In this document: positions 14,071 through 26,143 of the stretch, piece after piece | Layout of the letters: the number at the start of each line of letters is the position of its first letter | Position numbering within the stretch: the stretch's first letter is position 1 | Source of the DNA: Podarcis cretensis | Lineage: Eukaryota | Reading direction: 5' to 3' | NCBI GenBank assembly: GCA_951804945.1 | Contig: OX638157.1 | Location: 31,372,001 to 31,436,000, forward strand | Length of the DNA: 64,000 nucleotides | Position numbers and translations under genes: made by a program | Notes under the pieces: generated by a model | What the model saw: only the letters and a program-made list of their open reading frames with translations | What the model was told of the DNA's origin: nothing | Databases searched by the model: none

Positions 14071-14937
14071 AGCAGAAAAACAAAGTAGATCCCACAAGCC
14101 TAAAGCCTTTCCATCCCTCTTTTGGACCCTTCTCCTCTCTCTCTGTGGGCTCAATTTCAACCAACATTCTGTAAGCTCACAGGTTCCTGTCAAGCAGTGA
14201 AGGGTTGTTTCAAAACGCCATTTTCTTTCAATTCACAGAATTATGTGTTTCTGCTTATATAGGGTATCCCCCTGATCATTTAGAATCTGCTTCCTTTTTT
14301 GGGGGGGTGTCCTAAAACAGTGCTCATATGGAAATTCACAAGTAATAGACTGGTATTACAGTTATAGACTATGGTATGATTGAGAAAAGGGTACAAAATG
14401 TGTGTGGGTATGTGCATGCAATTAAGCTCCTTTCTAGCAAACACTGAAATCACTGTGAAACTCAATGCCATATAAATTAGAAGGAAGAACAACACTAAGA
14501 GCCTTCTTCAGCATTCACGAATTGTAGTTCTTTATCTAAATATTCTTTTCGCTGTTTGGATTGATATTTAGAATGCAGATACGGAATGCAGATCTTGGAA
14601 TCCCTTTTTCTGGTCTGAAAAATATTTTAAAATGTAATCTATTTATATTTAGGAAATAATTATTTGATTTCCCTTCCTTTGAACATTATCAGAGACTGCT
14701 CTTATACTATTATAATGCTTCCTTTTCTCTGAAGAGATTCCAAATGGTTAGATTTGGGTTCCAGCATAACTCCAGACAGCAAATGCATTCATGACTAAAA
14801 AAAAAAACCCTTTACTCTATCCTCATTAACATTTAGCCCCCTCTTTCCTATTTCCTGCATATTGGTCCCAGGACTGATACACATCCACACAAACACACAC
14901 ACACACTGTGGCAGCCGTCATACAACAGATATGTTGT

Positions 14938-15729
14938 TGTCAGAGCTGCCCAAGGTCCCAGCTCACAGAGGACCAACGCCAGGTCGTGGTTATATACAAA
15001 AGTCTTTATTGAAGTTCAGTTTCCATTCCAAAGCCGTAGCGCGCAGCTCTACGTCTTAAACCCTAGACCGCCGAAGTTCCGTCTGAGTCTCCTCCCCCTA
15101 GACACCAGTTTAAGACTCTAGCCTTACTCCACCTCTTCCGTTGTTCTTTCCTCCTCTGGGTCCGTCTGCCCGCCGGGGTGTTGCCCTTTCTGGACTCTTC
15201 TGATGCTGAAGAGTCCCCGGATTCTTCCCCCTGCCTCCGGCGTGCTTTAGGACCTGGCTCCCAATCCGAGCTCCCTGCTGTCCCGCGCGCCTGTACATTT
15301 GAACTTGGCACGCGCACCCACCCGGCCACCTTCCTCCTGACCGTTACACTGCTCCTGTCACTGCTTCCCCCTTCGGGGGGGCTAGCTGGATCTGACTTCC
15401 CCTCCGTTCCCTCACTCAGCGATAGGGGCGTGGTCAGCCCTGACTCATGGGACTCTTCCCCCCCCCCGCTACGCTCTGGTGGGGAAACTGGTCCCGATCT
15501 CCAGCTGCTGCTTTGGGAGTCGCTGCTGGCCCCTAGCTTCTGGTGCGTCCCTCCCAGGACCCCCCTTGCCCTGGCCATCGGAGCCCCCTTCTGTGAATCT
15601 TCTGATTCGCTGGAGAGGCTCATGGAATCTCTCGGGCCACTGTCATCTTCCCCTACGCTGCCCTCAGATTCTTCCCCTTCGCTCTCCATCTCCCCTCTTC
15701 CCTGTGCTTCTGCTCCTGAGCCCCTGACA
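14938..15729 (-). mobile_element. Solo LTR (792 bp, probably Gypsy/Ty3-type) with 5-bp TSD
   Basis: Termini TGTCAG...CTGACA (6-bp inverted repeat); GTTGT on both sides (14933-14937 and 15730-15734); minus-strand AATAAA near 15006 downstream of a TTTAAG TATA-like motif near 15060. Confidence 0.88.
15063..15689 (-). CDS. Putative LTR (U3)-encoded acidic Ser/Glu-rich protein, 208 aa, with basic C-terminal cluster
   Basis: Open frame from ATG 15689 (MESEGEESEGSVGEDDSGPRDS..RRTQRRKEQRKRWSKARVLNW..) spanning the presumed U3. No homologue recognised; could be a composition artefact. Confidence 0.3.
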   Translation of the reverse strand: MESEGEESEGSVGEDDSGPRDSMSLSSESEDSQKGAPMARARGVLGGTHQKLGASSDSQSSSWRSGPVSPPERSGGGEESHESGLTTPLSLSEGTEGKSDPASPPEGGSSDRSSVTVRRKVAGWVRVPSSNVQARGTAGSSDWEPGPKARRRQGEESGDSSASEESRKGNTPAGRRTQRRKEQRKRWSKARVLNWCLGGGDSDGTSAV

Positions 15730-16547
15730 GTTGTTATCACTCTTTAATACGCACTGCTAAATTCTTTATTGCAATTGCTCAGCACACAGCTGTTGCATAC
15801 CTTGTGTAGCAGGCTTCCCAGCCACAGAAGCACCTCATTGATGTTGTATCAAGTGATTCATTTGCAACATGGCAGCCAATTAAAATCTCACCTTGTGGTG
15901 GTTGTAACTGCCGAGAGACCTGGTTATGCCTAGTCTCTTGCTTCTGAAATTACTTGGAAATTCAGGGGCGAAGAGAGGTATAGAAGTGTTTACTTCACTA
16001 TGTGGCTGACAGCTGCAAATGAACAATATGCCCACGTGGTTAAAATGTTTAAGTGGTCACAAGACTGGAGGTAATTGTTTCATGCAAGTTTGAGACTTTG
16101 TACTGCACAATTTTCTTCTGAGGTGCAAGGATGTGCTTCGTGTAATCTTGGGCTGGAAGGAGGCTGGTTCTCATCCTTAATTTAGCAAGGCTCAACTCTC
16201 ACATTTTCACACAAAGGTCCCAACTTGTGAACAGTAATGTTTTTTGTATCATGATGATAATGGAGAAGCCAGTTAATTTTTGCTCTTGATAGTTGTGCCA
16301 GGAAGCTGATCCCCCCCAGCCAATTTGTGATGCACACACCAAGAGGGAAACATGCCTTAACATAGTCATTCCCATGTCATCATAGTCATCTCCTAATGGG
16401 GTTGGTACACTCAAAGTCTTGCCCCCTATATCTATAGAGTGGACCTCTGGGGCATGCAGCCCTAAAAGAAACACCTCCCCAAGTGTTCACAGGGACCACA
16501 CCACAGGGACCCTGTTCCTTGGCTTTATAAACAATACATATAATCTA

Positions 16548-16625
16548 AGACAGGCATGCCTGGCGTGCTCTGGTCCAGGTCCATAGGGTCACGAAGAGTT
16601 GGACACGACTAAACAACTAAACAAC
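16548..16625 (+). mobile_element. Very short BovB 3' end with 8-bp TSD
   Basis: GCCTGGCGTGCTCTGGTCC..GGTCACGAAGAGTTGGACACGACTAAAC matches the 3' end of the 10884 copy; ATAATCTA at 16540-16547 and 16626-16633. Confidence 0.85.
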
Positions 16626-16823
16626 ATAATCTACGGTAATTGGCCGACTAAAACGATAATAGTATTAGAAATGGAAGGTTTTCTTCATATTGAGCTCTGT
16701 CTTCTTTTAATCCATCAACATAGAAGACTGTCAACTTCTTACATTTCTTACACTGAGGGTTGCTACAATTTTCATAGGATTAATCAGAATTCAGTAGTTT
16801 TCTGATGAAAACAATGTGAGCTA

Positions 16824-17065
16824 CAGTGGTACCTCAGGTTAAGAACCTAATTCGTTCTGGAGGTCTGTTCTTAACCTGAAACTGTTCTTAACCTGAGGTA
16901 CCACTTTTGCTAATGGGGCCTCCCACTGCCGCCACACCGTCACGGCACGATTTCTGTTCTCATCCTGAAGCAGAGTTCTTAACCCGGGGTACTATTTCTG
17001 GGTTAGCGGAGTCTGTAACCTGAAGCGTCTCTAACTTGAAGCATCTGTAACCTGAGGTACCACTG
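16824..17065. mobile_element. Tc1/mariner (Tigger-like) MITE, 242 bp
   Basis: TIRs CAGTGGTACCTCAGGTTA / TAACCTGAGGTACCACTG with TA on both sides; same length and sequence family as 45424-45665. Confidence 0.92.
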
Positions 17066-17809
17066 TACACTCCATCACTGCTGAATGCTTAGAGTTGGAT
17101 TCAACTATCCCAGGCCTCAGTGGCAACAGCCTCTCCTGCTCACCCTCTCTCCAGCAGCCACTGCTAGTTGCCCAGGGCAGGGGAGTGGGGATGGCAGTGG
17201 TGGCTATGGAGAGGCAAGCCACAGTTGTCACTTTGGATAAACACTGGCTCATCTTCTGCCCCGAGCTCAGCAGCAGCAGCACTGGTGGGGGACATAGGGG
17301 CATTCCGGGATCCAATCAGAAGCTGGGATGGCTTTCATAATCTCTGGACTGTCTCTGGAAAATTGGGACACTTGGAGGGTATGAAAATGGTATCTGCAGG
17401 TATTTTGCCCTACATTTCCAGTGCCTGCAAACTGAGATCTGGAATGGCATTGAAGAGAATCATGAATTTTGTTTTTAATACACTGCTTTCCTTCTTTATC
17501 ACATTAACAAAACCCACAAATGACATTCCAGACTCAAAACTGTACTTAGCCTCAGTTGAGAAAATGCCCTTAGAATACTGAGCAAAGGAATGGCTTCTGT
17601 CATAGCTAAATGTTGAAGCGGAAATAAAGCTAGTTTGTTGTACAAAAGAAATACTTGACCATGCATAAAAGACAAGTCCTCTTCTGACCCCAAATATTCA
17701 GATAATTTAAAAGGCTTTTGATTATGAATGAGTGCCCTTGTATTAAAGCCACATTTGTACTAGAATAATCATGATCACAAACATGCCAAGACCTCACTGA
17801 AGTTCTGGT

Positions 17810-18048
17810 CAAAACAAAATAAAAAAATTCCTTCCAGTAGCACCTTAAAGACCAACTAAGTTAGTTCTTGGTATGAGCTTTCGTGTGCATGCACACTTCT
17901 ACAGGCACACAAAAGCTCATACCAAGAACTAACTTAGTTGGTCTTTAAGGTGCTACTGGAAGGAATTTTTTATTTTTTTATTTTTTTATTTTTTTAATTA
18001 TTATTTTTTGTTTTGACTATGGCAGACCAACACGGCTACCTATCTGTA
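17810..18048. mobile_element. Penelope-like element mini-insertion with inverted pLTR arms and a degenerate minimal hammerhead ribozyme
   Basis: ~70-bp near-perfect inverted repeat (..CCAGTAGCACCTTAAAGACCAACTAAGTTAGTTCTTGGTATGAGCTTT / AAAGCTCATACCAAGAACTAACTTAGTTGGTCTTTAAGGTGCTACTGG..); PLE-type end GCAGACCAACACGGCTACC; direct repeat ACTGAAGTTCTGGT at 17796-17809 and 18049-18062. Confidence 0.88.
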
Positions 18049-18779
18049 ACTGAAGTTCTGGTAGTTCTGCATCATGAATGCAGTAATTAAATTTAAAACA
18101 TGTGAACCATCTGCAGTGTCATGTAAATGCAGGCTAACGTTGGAAATATTGACCATGAGTTTTGAAAGAGACAGGAAAATGTTTTTTCCCCTGGCCCTTA
18201 TATTTGTTTTCACTCTCTTCCTGGCATTCTGTTAGCTGAACACCCATTCTGGCCTTATCTGATTTCTGAGAACTACAGTTCCTCTGTGGCTGCAACTGCA
18301 GAAGAAAATCACAAAGGAGGATTCAGAATGTTCTTAATCTAATGCATGCTGTCTGGAAACCTATAATGCAAAACAAAAGCATCCAAAACAACTGGGGTTG
18401 GGGGCAAAGTGAAACAGAAACCTGCCAAAAAATATAGACTATAGAAAAAAGAATCTGCTCTGCTTTGTTCCATCTTTAAAGTGATGTCAGCAGCTCATAT
18501 GAAATGGAGGCTAACTAGCAATTTCTCAATAATAGATGGATGATGCTGGCATAGCAACAACACAGACTGGAAATATCATGAGAGGATATAATGTGTAGCA
18601 AGCATGAGTCATAGCAGAGTCATCAAATCATTGCAGATTTCCCAATGGTTGCCAACATTTTCATTAGGGATGGGTGAATCTGTCTTCAGTGTCTCAGTTT
18701 TCTTTTTCCATCTTAAACTCAGTCTGCCCAATTTCTGCACCAAGGTGCAATTTATTATTATTATTACGCTTTAGCCGAG

Positions 18780-18847
18780 ATTCCTGCATTGCAGAGAATT
18801 AATTGGACTAGATGGACCTTGGGGTCCCTTCTAACTCTGCAATTCTA
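18780..18847 (+). mobile_element. 3' end of a CR1-tailed SINE or CR1
   Basis: TTCCTGCATTGCAG..TTGGACTAGATGGACCTTGGGGTCCCTTCTAACTCT..ATTCTA, followed by (TAT)n. Confidence 0.65.
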
Positions 18848-19139
18848 TTATTATTATTATTATTATTATTCAGTACAAACATTGTATCGTTTGTGTGTGC
18901 ATTTCTGCTGTTTTTTCTTATTCACAATGTTGCTTAATATGGATATTTTTGCAATCAGTTTTCTCTGATGCCACCTTTGAAAAGTGCTCAGAAACTTTGG
19001 CTAGCCCAAAGTGCTGCAGGCAACTGTTTCCCAGTGCTGGTATAGGGAGCATAGGACTCCCTTTTTACAACAGCTCCTCTGGCTATTCTTCAGTGCCCCA
19101 GGCTTAGGCCCAGGCTATTGTATGCTCCCATATGAAGCT

Positions 19140-19520
19140 GCCTGGGCTCTGAGATCTTCAAGGGAGATTCCTCTGTCAGGAGAGGGCCTTCTCTGTGGCT
19201 GTTTCAAGACTTTGGAACTCCCATCTTCTGCTCGCAGGTGAAGACTGTTTTATTCTGGCAGGCCTTTGGGAACTGACTGCTTTGAAGGAAAGGACTTTAC
19301 ATAGTGTTGCGCTGTGTTTAGTGCTTTTACTATATGCATCTTAATATATTTTGATTGTTTTAATTTCATTGTAGCTTAATTTCCTTTTAACTATTATCTT
19401 TTATACGTCTTTAGTTTTCTGTGTTTTAGCCGTGTTTGTTTTAATTTTTGTAAGCTGCCTTGAGTCCCAGTTCTGGGGAAAGAGTGGGGTATAAATGAAT
19501 AAATACATCATCATCATCAA
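19140..19520 (+). mobile_element. L2 LINE 3' end relic
   Basis: GAGAGGGCCTTCTCTGTGGC..TTTGGAACTCCC, a T-rich UTR, then GTAAGCTGCCTTGAG..GGGGTATAAAT and a short-repeat tail. Confidence 0.7.
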
Positions 19521-21366
19521 TACATTTTTGTGCACAAGTTTTGTAAAATAAATTTTGATAGCTGAGCTGTGTTTTGGTTTGTGTATTGGTTCAGGAAGTG
19601 CACATTAAAATGACAGCCGAACCAATTTTCCCTCTGTCCCTAATTAGGATTCAAAAGTGAGGAAATTGCAGCACTCACTCTAAAATCCCAGCTTTTAACA
19701 ATTTGCTGGCAGATCAAATTTTGCTTCATTACTGAGTGATAGAAATTATCTTATGAAAGGTCAGGCATGACTTAAGATCCTGAGTTACCATGCCCTGGAA
19801 AATGCTTGTTGTCTAGCAGATTTAAAGGGAAGGCAATTAGCAATATACAGAAGTCCTTTCACAAGCCCACTTAATCATGGTCATGAATGTGCCCTCATTC
19901 AGTTTCCTGAACTTATTGACAATTGTAGCCAAGAGAGTCCGATAGCATCTGTTTAATAACAGCAAGAGGATATACAAGTTGTGGGTGAATTTATCTGTTT
20001 CATTCCAAAGTTTAAGCAGTGGGGGTAAAGACTCTTGGACTATTTTCATCTGAAGGTATAATAATAATGTATGAGTCTTTTTCTATTCAGTTCTAAATAA
20101 CCCTAGAAGAGTACATGTAGGAAAGGGATGATTCTGGTATATTTTAAGAGATTTCTAGCCCTGAAAGGGAGGACCTGCCCATTCATTTATTTGCAGAATT
20201 GTCACTTAAAACCGTGCCTCTATCTTTGCTTGGCTGCTTACGTGAGGAAAAGTATAATCCTAGATAATGGAGGGGAGGCGAGAAATAACCATGTTGCTAA
20301 GCAACTTCATGCTGTAGCCTCCTGCTACCACTTGATCCTGTTGTAATTTGCACAGCTGATGGCTTTCAGTCTCAGGGAACTGTGTGATTTAAAACTCTTT
20401 CCAAGGAGGCATGGGGGAGGTATATGAACTGTCAGAATCAGTGGTGCTGGGAGAGAAATCCGAAATGGAAAGGAGGACCATCTCTAAAGAGAACTATTAA
20501 GGGAGAAGAATGCATGAAAAAAATGAGGCAGTTTCATTTAAATGGCCCAGAAAAGAAGAAGCAATCCCCGCTTTGGTTGTACATGTCTTAAAATATTTCT
20601 GGATCCCAGCCTATTGTTATACAACCAAGTACAATATCTCTCGTAATTACACATAGGAATATAAATAGCTCCTCTGACTTCAATAGAGAGACTATTACTA
20701 TTAATAGTAGTACATAGCTTGACTAAAATACACATACCACTGATTTGTCAGACATTGGGCCATTTTAAGTGTAAGAACACCATTGTAAATGTTTTATGAA
20801 TCACATATTTCAGATATAGCTGCATGAATAATTCACTGAGCCTATCCATATTATTGATACTCTATTGTGTCTGTGATATTGAAATTCTAAATCCCCATAT
20901 ATATTGAAAAATAAAATTGATTCTCCCCTCCCAGTGCATAAAATTAGTCAGCATTAATACAGAGCAAATCTCTTTAGTGCCAATCATAAAGAATTTAAAG
21001 AGATGGAGGGTGAAGCAATTATCAGTGTGAAATATGCAGAAACCCTTCAGCATGGTGGCTGCTTTCCTCTTAATCTGACAAAAGAAAATTTCCCATTGCT
21101 TTATACAAATATCTCTGATATACTTCAGTCAGATTGTCATATATGATTCAGATGGAAATAAATAATGCATAAAGCTAGATAATCCTAGCTTAAGAAATCT
21201 ATCAACCTCCCTAAAGTGGCTTTGCTGGGCTTCGGAGGAGGAGGAGATAAAACATAGACCATGGCAAGAGCTTCTGAAGTGCCATTGATTAGAATTAGGC
21301 CTGGTAGGTAGTTAATTAGGGTTATGTTCACATTAGCGGCTTAAAACACAGCAAGGACATTTCCTC

Positions 21367-21406
21367 TATTGTGTTTCACAATATTGTGTTTCACAATATT
21401 GTGTTT
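21367..21406. repeat. 15-bp tandem repeat (TATTGTGTTTCACAA) x2.7
   Basis: Directly visible; the unit junctions form the palindrome CACAATATTGTG. Confidence 0.85.
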
Positions 21407-22766
21407 GCTGTACACACCAGAAAGGGAGCAGGAACGTCTTCACCCAGTGTGCATTATATTTTTGCTTTCCTCACCCCTGCAAACCTTGGAACTCCTATGT
21501 GCAATGGCTATCTCAAATGTACACACCTCAGCTCAACTGCAAAGTGAATGTAGCTTATGCTATCAAATCATAAAACCAGTTTGAGGGGAAACATATCAAA
21601 TGGCAGTGTTGCTCAAGAAACTACAAAATAGAAATATAGTCTATATAGTGCTATATAGCCTGTCCTGTGCCCCCTAAGCTAGTCTGCTGCCTTCAGGTAT
21701 GGTGGAAGTCACATCCCATTGCCATTACTGAGGTAAGATACAACTGCCAATCTGGTTGGCTCTTGTACATGGAATGGTGGTGGCTGTGAGGAGAGGGCCA
21801 TCTTGTCTTTCTCCCCAGGTAGCAAAACATATTGGGCTGGCCATGCTGCTAAAAGATGGAATCCTTTAAGTTTTCACCTGAATCAAAACTTAGATCATAA
21901 TTTCAAGCCTTCCAAATGAATTAGAGCACCCCTTTCTTTTGAAAGAAACCCTCCTGCGCACCAGTGGCATAATTCTCAGTATACAGATTAGTTTGCACCA
22001 GCATGGAATTGCTTCAAGGGAGCGAGTAGAGGAAAAACAGAGTGAAAATTCTATTCGAGCTCCTGATTTATATTCCAGTCAGATGCTTTTCTCCTCCACT
22101 ACCCCTTGGCCTATGGAACTTAATCTTACACTAAGAAATGGGAAAAGAACCTGACAGGGTTCGATGTATGACCACCTGTGAAAGTCCTAGAACATTTATT
22201 ACGAGAGGATGGGAGGCCTCGGCATGCATAAATCCTCATAATCCCAACCTGAATGGAAACACTCTTCCTCCAGAACATTAGATTGCATTATGAGTAAGTT
22301 TATATCATTTTGCCACTTTGTACATCGCACCTGCTTGCCTTGACCAAGACATCGAAAGAAATACATGAACAAGACTGAACACTAATTCATGGACTTTAGC
22401 TATTAATGGACCTTGCTAAAGACTCCGTCATTTTCTTTGATGTAGGTTTTGAGGTTGTGTCTGAAACTGCAAGCCTCGACACTTCAATGACAAACTAAAG
22501 CTACTGAAATATACAGGACTTAATTCAAGGGTATAAACTGACGGATCTGATAAATGTGTCCTCTTTGGGGACAAGAGCAATGCTGTCCCTTTCTTTATCT
22601 CCAATAATATCTCTATTCATCATACGCTGGCCATAGGGGCAAGGGCCACAGTTCAGTAGGAGAGCACATGCTGTTTCCGTGGATATCAGGTTGGCCACTG
22701 CGACAACAGGTCCTGGGCAACCCCGCTGCTGCACACCTTCATTGCTGATCATCTCCTGATCCTGCA

Positions 22767-23150
22767 AGCAGGGACGTAGGAAGGGGGGGCAGTGGGGGTG
22801 GTCCACCCCAGGTGCCCTCACTGAGGGGGGTGACATTCGACGCACCGCCTGCCTGCGACTCCCAAGCCTACACCAAGCCGTTGGGGTAAGGGAAGAGCTG
22901 CACCGCTTTACCAGCGGCATTCCCTCCCCCCTTCATTTTGACAGCTTGGGGGAGGCTTGGGAGTTGTGGGTGGATGGTGCGCTGAATGTCCACCATGGGT
23001 GGCTTACTCCGCCCCCCTGGGTGGCTCACTCTGTCCCGGCTGCAGGGCGCGCATGCCGCTCAGGGCACCTGAGTGGCTATCCCACACCTGAGAGGGCACC
23101 CTCCGTGCCACACACACCCCTCAGGAGCGCACCCGCCTTGGGCAGCGTGG
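22767..23150. mobile_element. GC-rich non-autonomous DNA transposon fragment
   Basis: CAGGGACGTAGGAAGGGGGGG start typical of lizard hAT/Harbinger MITEs; GC-rich body; right end unclear. Confidence 0.4.
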
Positions 23151-25956
23151 GCACATGCTCCTCCGCTGCCTGCAAGACTCTGCTGTTAGGTGTTTGGGGT
23201 CTACCAATTCCCACTGGGTTGCACCACTGCCTCTGCTGTGCTGTGTTCCCAGTCCCAGATTCTCAGGGTTTCAACCCAGTCCTGACAGCTTTGCTTGGAT
23301 CACTCAAGTTCCAAAATTTTATCTTCCAAGCATTGGAAGCTGTAAGATTGGGGTCACAAGTTTAGTTATCATCACAGTGCACTTGGGTATGTGCAATTCA
23401 ATGCAAATAACTCAAGACTGTATATTATTTACCAGGGGTGAGGAACTTCCATCCCAAGAGCCTAATTGCACCTATGAGGGATTCCCATTTGGCCTGTAAG
23501 GCCATTTTGGCCAAGCCAAACCCACATGTCCAAATAGTCCCTTGAGGACCACTTTGCAAGGATCTCAGAAAGACCCAACAACCAGCGGATTGTCCCATTC
23601 TACCCAGCCCTTTGAAAGTGTTACTCAGAATGGTGTTTTACGAGGCGCTCTATCTGATTCTCATTCCTGAATCTGGTTGACCCTGTAGTTTCAGATAAAA
23701 AGAGAGAATTCTGGTTAAGGGCTCACAGAACTGATGTCTTAGCTGGAAGTGGTTGCTATCTCTGTTTAAATGGTTACATTCTGAATGGAAACCAAAATTG
23801 CCTGAAATAGATCATATGAGATCTTTCCCATTCAGATATGGAATGTGACATTTTGTATGTCAGTATTAAGTAGATTTAAAACACCTCATTTGCAATGATG
23901 AAAATCACTGCATTGTAATTGATTTGATCATGGGCCTGTATTATATAGGGATACTTATTAGAGAGTAATGCTTCATAGATTAAATGTGACTAACCTGCCA
24001 TTTTATTGCTGGTGATGGAGGTGGAATGATTTAGCTAATATACTGAAAAGCAATAGACAGCTTCAGCATCCCTCTAGCAAGATATCCAGTGCTGCTGCTG
24101 GAAAAGAAACTGTAAAATCTTACCTAGAAAAATAAAAATTTAAATAATCTAAAATGAGTCAAGAAGTGGGGATTAGTTTTAAATCTCTTTCAAATTACTA
24201 CTCAGAGAAATGTGACATGCCACCTTTTTTTGCAATTGGAGGAGAGAGGTTAAATCCATTATTTCTGATGTGTCCAGACTATTAGATTTTTTTAAAAAAA
24301 AATCTATCCATAATTCCTGACATATTGAAATGGAATCTACAGCAGGTGAATTGCACCCATTTATCAACAGTTGGCTGCCAACCAAGGTGAACAGCCAAAA
24401 GACAAGCACTGAGAGTCAAATCTTCCTGACGTATGCAGAGGGAAAACTTTCTCCTCAAATTAATTACAATATTAAGTGCATAGGGTAGCAAAAACTGTCA
24501 TTAATATGAAAGTGATGAAGTCTCTCTTGAACCCTTTGTCCTCAGAGTCCAGGAATTGCTTCAAAAAGAAGCCACGGAAAATGGATGCCAAAGCTTCTGT
24601 AAGTGATCTTAACTTCTTCACTACTCTGCACGAGGAGTTAGAATCCACATGGAACATAGTATAAAATCCAGCAGCCTTAATTCCTTGGCATCCTTTGGAT
24701 ACCATGCAGGTTAGTAAGAAGACATATATAGGACTAAAATATCTGTTTGCATCCATTTAAATATATATCCCGTTGCAGGTAATACAGTCACATTGTGTTG
24801 CTGTCAGTGGACTATAGATTCAAGTGTAATTCAGATAGATAGTAGTACTGAATATACAGTGAGATGCGGATGCAAATAAGCACCTGTGTTTACTTTCTGC
24901 ATTACTTTCGGTGGACTCAGAGCACTTGAATGTACGTCTGAGTCCACATTCCATCGAAAGCAATGCAAGATGGATAGACAATCTGCACTGAGATGCACAG
25001 TTTCTAATTGTCGTGGAAGATTTGGACTTGGAGAATGTGTGAGGCACCCAAGATCCCCTAATAACATGGTATTTTCAGTTGGGAAGGGTTTAGGGTCCCC
25101 TCTTTTCTTTTGCTCAGAAGTTCTTGTGAAGCAGGTCAGTATGAAGAGCTAGGGAGCAGTTGAGTCCCTGGAGCACATGAATGTGACAACCCCACTGTCC
25201 TTTAAACTGTGATTGGTGGGTCCTGCTTGCACCCTAAAGCGTTATTTGGAAAGAACAGTTGGGTTTAGAGGCTGCACACCCTCTGATGTTCATGCGCTAT
25301 ACCCATAATGTCCCATGTTTCAGAGAAGCAGCACATAAATTAAGAGAAGTGACTGGCCACTTGCTTCTCTTTGTTGACCAGGCAGTTGCCTCGTGTCTGC
25401 ATTCTTTCCCCTGCTGTCAAGATTCACTGGTAGTATGAGGGCAGCACAGCTTTCTTAGAAATGTAAAAATGTAAACGAGCCTTAAGGTGTCATTTACAGA
25501 ATTAGCAATTGATCAAACAGCTTTTAAAAAAGTGAATACCAGGCACAATGCATAGTTTGAAGCCTTCAATGCAAAATTTGAATCCTGGTGCAGTGATAAA
25601 GAGGTTTTAAACCTTTGATCTGGGTCACCTTTGATATGCATTTTAAAATTCTGAATAAGAAAGATATCTGGGAGTTAATTTTTATAATTTACACAAGGAG
25701 TTCCTGAAACATACCGACCTTCCCTTGGTTCCTTACTCCCCACATGTTTGCATCTCTTCAGCCAGCTACTCGCCAAGTTATCCCTCAACAGATAACCAGA
25801 GGAATTATTTCAAAGCCATGGTTGAAACAAATTCATGGTTTAGACCAGTCCTTCCCTACTGCAGACCCCATTTTTTTCAAAAGCCAAGCCATGGACCCCC
25901 TACTTTTGAAAATGTAGATATCTCTATGGTATGTGAATGGTGCCACTGACCCCCTG

Positions 25957-26143
25957 GAGAGCCAGTGTGGTGTAGTGGTTAAGGGTGGTAGACTCATAAT
26001 CTGGGGAACCAGGTTCGCGTCTCCGCTCCTCCACATGCAGCTGCTGGGTGACCTTGGGCTAGTCACACTTCTCTGAAGTCTCTCAGCCCCACTCACCTCA
26101 CAGAGTGTTTATTGTGGCGGAGGAAGGGAAAGGAGAATGTTAG
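25957..26143 (+). mobile_element. Squam3-type SINE, 3'-truncated at a CR1 insertion
   Basis: GAGAGCCAGTGTGGTGTAGTGGTTAAG head; matches the other two copies up to GGAGAATGTTAG, then switches to the CR1 tail. Confidence 0.9.

Noticed and set aside
22150-22190. Hammerhead-like CTGACAG...GAAAGTC
   Set aside because: The core does not fit CUGAnGA, and stems I and III cannot be formed.
24978-25004. miR-18-like sequence on the minus strand (GTGCATCTCAGTGCAGAT)
   Set aside because: The seed AAGGTGC is absent, there is a one-base insertion, and there is no miR-17~92 cluster context or star arm; likely chance.
24179-25152. Cluster of 60-95 aa ORFs as a possible host exon or transposase relic
   Set aside because: No recognisable domain, overlapping frames on both strands, and no consistent splice structure.
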